Below, piece by piece: positions 61,490 to 64,000 of a DNA stretch of 64,000 nt. Each line of letters begins with the position of its first letter. Positions within the stretch are counted from its first letter, which is position 1. The DNA is from an uncultured Candidatus Saccharibacteria bacterium (GTDB taxonomy: Bacteria; Patescibacteriota; Minisyncoccia; Phycocordibacterales; PALSA-1337), in contig CAZLCD010000001.1 in NCBI GenBank assembly GCA_964558375.1, positions 209,160-273,159 on the forward strand, given 5' to 3'. Position numbers and translations under genes: made by a program. The notes beneath the pieces are model-generated. The model saw nothing but the letters and a program-made list of their open reading frames with translations, ran no database searches and was not told the DNA's origin.

Positions 61490-64000
61490 ATGCCAAACCT
61501 TGTGGAATCACAGATCACATCGTTTAATCTTTTAATAGAACAGGGTATAGCAGAGGTTTTGAAGGAGTTTTCACCAATTAAAGACTATGCAGAGAAGAAA
61601 TTTGAACTTTCTTTTGCTGGTTTTGAATTGTCTAGACCAAAGTATGATGAACATTATGCCAAGAGCAATAAGCTTTCATATGAAGGTCAGATCAAGGTCA
61701 AGGTAAAGCTAAAGAATAAGCTACTAGACTCAACCAAGGAGCAAGAGATGTTTCTTGCTGATTTTCCTTTGATGACAGATCACGGTACCTTTATTATTAA
61801 TGGTATCGAGAGAGTAATCGTGCCACAGCTTGCTCGATCTTTCGGTATTTTCTTTACACTTAATGAACTTAAGGGTAAGAACTTTTTTGGGGCAAAGGTA
61901 ATACCTGCTCGCGGTGTATGGATGGAAATAGAAAGTGATTCTGACGGTACTATATATGTAAGAATCGATAGAAAAAGAAAGTTTCCTATCACATCTCTTC
62001 TTCGTATCCTTGGTGCCAAGACAGATGCAGATATTCTAGCTCTTTTTAAGGGTGATGAATTGGCAGTGAAGTCTATCGAATTAACTTTGGCTAAGGATCA
62101 TGCAAAAACTGTTGATGAAGCTTATATAGAAATACATAAGAGATTGCGAGATGGGGATCTTGCAACCGCTGAAAACGCAAAGGAATTCATAGGCAATATC
62201 TTCAATCCAGAGAGATACGACATCAATCGTGTTGGACGTTTCCGTTTCAACAAGCGCTTCGGTAAGTCGATGGATGAAAAAGAACTCGAAAGAAGAACTA
62301 TTTCTATCGATGATATTTCAACAATCATTTCTCACATCGTTTTACTAAACAATACTCCAGAGTCAGTAGAAGACGATATTGACCACCTTGGTTCACGTCG
62401 TGTGCGATATGTCGGAGAACTTCTACAACAGAAGCTTCGCGTAGGTATGACACAAATGAAAAGAAATATTCAGGACAGAATGTCGACTGTTGAGCCAGAT
62501 GTCACTTTGCCTGTAAACTTCGTTTTCCCTAGACCACTTCAAGCTCGTATCAAGGAATTTTTCACTACAAACCAGCTTTCACAGTTCATGCAACAGGAGA
62601 ATGTGCTTTCAGAAATCGAAAACTTAAGAACCCTTACAGCCCTAGGTCCCGGCGGACTTACTCGTGAAAGAGCAGGTTTTGAAGTGCGAGACGTCCATCC
62701 ATCTCACTACGGAAGACTTTGTCCTATCCACACACCAGAAGGTCCGAACATCGGTCTTGTTCTTCGTCTATCTACTTTTGCGAGAATCAATGATTTTGGA
62801 ATGATCGAAACTCCTTATGCAAAGGTTAAAAATGGTAAAGTCACAGATGAGATCTCTTATCTAAATGCTCTCGAAGAAGAAAATTTCCATATCGCTCACG
62901 CTGCTATCCCTTATGATAAAAGTGGAAAGATCACAGCAGAAGAAGTAGAAGTTCGTATCAATGGTAAGCCAGGTCTAGCTAAGGCCAACAATGTAGACTA
63001 TATAGACGTTTCTACAAACCAAGCTTTCTCTATCGCTACTTCTCTTATTCCATTCCTAAACCACGACGATGCCAACCGTGCACTCATGGGTTCAAACATG
63101 CAAAGACAGGCAACTCCTTGTCTTATCCCAGAAGCGCCACTAGTAGCAACTGGTATAGAAAAGAAAGCTGTAGTCGATACAGGACGTATTATTCTTGCTC
63201 CTGAAGATGGAGAGATAATTTACGTTGATTCTAAGAAAGTTATTTTTGAAGGAAAGAAACATGGTAAAAAAGAATACAACCTTATCCATTTCTCAAGAAC
63301 AAACGGTTTCACTGCATTTCATCAGAGACCTATTGTAAGTCTTGGTGATAAGGTTAAAAAAGGTGATGTACTTGTCGATACTTCTACTTCAGACAATGGA
63401 GAGATCGCTCTTGGGCAGAACATGCTTGTAGCGTTTATGTCATGGTCAGGAAACAACTATGAAGACGCAATCATTCTTTCTGAGAGAGTTGTAAAAAATA
63501 GCAAATTTAGCTCTATTCATATCGAAGAATTCGTAGTCAATGTTCGCGACACAAAGCTTGGTCCAGAAGTTACTACATGTGACATACCAAACGTCGGTGA
63601 AGCAAAGTTGAAAAATCTCGCTGAAGACGGAGTGGTTCGTGTCGGTGCAGAAGTAAGACCTGGAGACATCCTAGTTGGTAAGATTTCACCAAAGGGTGAG
63701 ACTCAACTTACACCAGAAGAAAGACTTCTACGATCTATCTTTGGAGAAAAGGCTCGTGATGTAAAAGATACTTCAAAGAGAATGGAAGGAGGTAAAAGAG
63801 GTCGTGTGATCTCTGTCAAAATCTTCTCAAGAGAGAAGGGGGATAAGCTAGAATCTGGAATTATCAAGAAAATTTATATAGAAGTTGCCGAGCTTAGAAA
63901 TGTATCTGTAGGAGACAAGCTAGCTGGACGACACGGAAACAAGGGAGTTATCTCTAGAATCCTTCCTGAAGAAGATATGCCATACATGGAAGATGGTAAG
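61490..64000 (+). CDS. rpoB: DNA-directed RNA polymerase beta subunit, 3'-partial (runs off the window). It is absent from the ORF track because there is no stop.
   Basis: Hand translation from the ATG at 61490 (SD AAGGAG at 61472) gives 'MPNLVESQITSFNLLIEQGIAEVLKEFSPI...FPLMTDHGTFIINGIERVIV', the canonical rpoB N-terminus. 'GLTRERAGFEVRDVHPSHYGR' follows later. Confidence 0.9.
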   Translation, partial: MPNLVESQITSFNLLIEQGIAEVLKEFSPIKDYAEKKFELSFAGFELSRPKYDEHYAKSNKLSYEGQIKVKVKLKNKLLDSTKEQEMFLADFPLMTDHGTFIINGIERVIVPQLARSFGIFFTLNELKGKNFFGAKVIPARGVWMEIESDSDGTIYVRIDRKRKFPITSLLRILGAKTDADILALFKGDELAVKSIELTLAKDHAKTVDEAYIEIHKRLRDGDLATAENAKEFIGNIFNPERYDINRVGRFRFNKRFGKSMDEKELERRTISIDDISTIISHIVLLNNTPESVEDDIDHLGSRRVRYVGELLQQKLRVGMTQMKRNIQDRMSTVEPDVTLPVNFVFPRPLQARIKEFFTTNQLSQFMQQENVLSEIENLRTLTALGPGGLTRERAGFEVRDVHPSHYGRLCPIHTPEGPNIGLVLRLSTFARINDFGMIETPYAKVKNGKVTDEISYLNALEEENFHIAHAAIPYDKSGKITAEEVEVRINGKPGLAKANNVDYIDVSTNQAFSIATSLIPFLNHDDANRALMGSNMQRQATPCLIPEAPLVATGIEKKAVVDTGRIILAPEDGEIIYVDSKKVIFEGKKHGKKEYNLIHFSRTNGFTAFHQRPIVSLGDKVKKGDVLVDTSTSDNGEIALGQNMLVAFMSWSGNNYEDAIILSERVVKNSKFSSIHIEEFVVNVRDTKLGPEVTTCDIPNVGEAKLKNLAEDGVVRVGAEVRPGDILVGKISPKGETQLTPEERLLRSIFGEKARDVKDTSKRMEGGKRGRVISVKIFSREKGDKLESGIIKKIYIEVAELRNVSVGDKLAGRHGNKGVISRILPEEDMPYMEDGK

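Noticed and set aside
1-64000. An alternative genetic code (UGA recoding as in SR1/Gracilibacteria)
   Set aside because: Long ORFs are intact under the standard code, and TGA is used as a terminal stop (for example at 32155-32157 and 43283-43285) alongside TAA and TAG. A canonical RF1 is encoded. Nothing suggests UGA read-through.

Overview
This is an AT-rich bacterial window. Gene content suggests a CPR/Patescibacteria-like (Parcubacteria-type) genome: shortened core proteins, a type IV pilin fused to a LamG domain, and giant surface proteins. That placement is inference only.

Part 1 (nt 1-22762): a single-strand, tightly spaced array of very large secreted/surface protein genes. It opens with a >2800-aa protein that enters the window already open. 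This protein carries LVIVD-type beta-propeller repeats, phage-tail-fibre-like 'GIGTTSPYAKLSV' repeats and a peptidase S74-like intramolecular-chaperone domain. Four paralogous genes follow. Each starts with a signal peptide and an N-terminal LamG lectin domain ('LDDVR[IV]YNRALS..E...LYNQG'). Three of the four share a conserved ~80-aa C-terminal tail with identifiable nucleotide identity (about 85%) over the tail-coding 3' ends, and two also share the downstream intergenic sequence. A sixth family member (53014-56898) lies 30 kb away with a diverged tail. A novel ~40-aa four-Cys module occurs six times across three of these proteins.

Part 2 (22.8-64 kb): housekeeping genes.
- Translation and tRNA: tgt, rplY, rpmE, prfA, rpsB, tsf, tRNA-Thr(UGU), pheS, thrS, rpmF, rnr, rpsP, trmD.
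- Replication and transcription: gyrB, dnaE, rnhB, a NusB-NUDIX fusion, rnc, a short SMC, partial rpoB.
- Metabolism and other: fba, a PfkB kinase, a DsbA-like oxidoreductase, a 2-hydroxyacid dehydrogenase, a LOG-family protein, an RRM protein, a KH protein and a CapA-like protein.

Smaller observations:
- a type IV pilin-LamG fusion preceded by two translationally coupled micro-ORFs
- a frameshifted HNH endonuclease remnant beside tRNA-Thr
- a ~120-nt nested inverted-repeat element between rpmE and prfA
- a promoter-to-terminator bounded cryptic transcription unit downstream of the 39091 gene
- a 21-29 bp motif repeated on both sides of dnaE

No CRISPR array, rRNA, transposase or reverse transcriptase was recognised. 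Stop-codon usage (TAA/TAG/TGA) fits the standard code.
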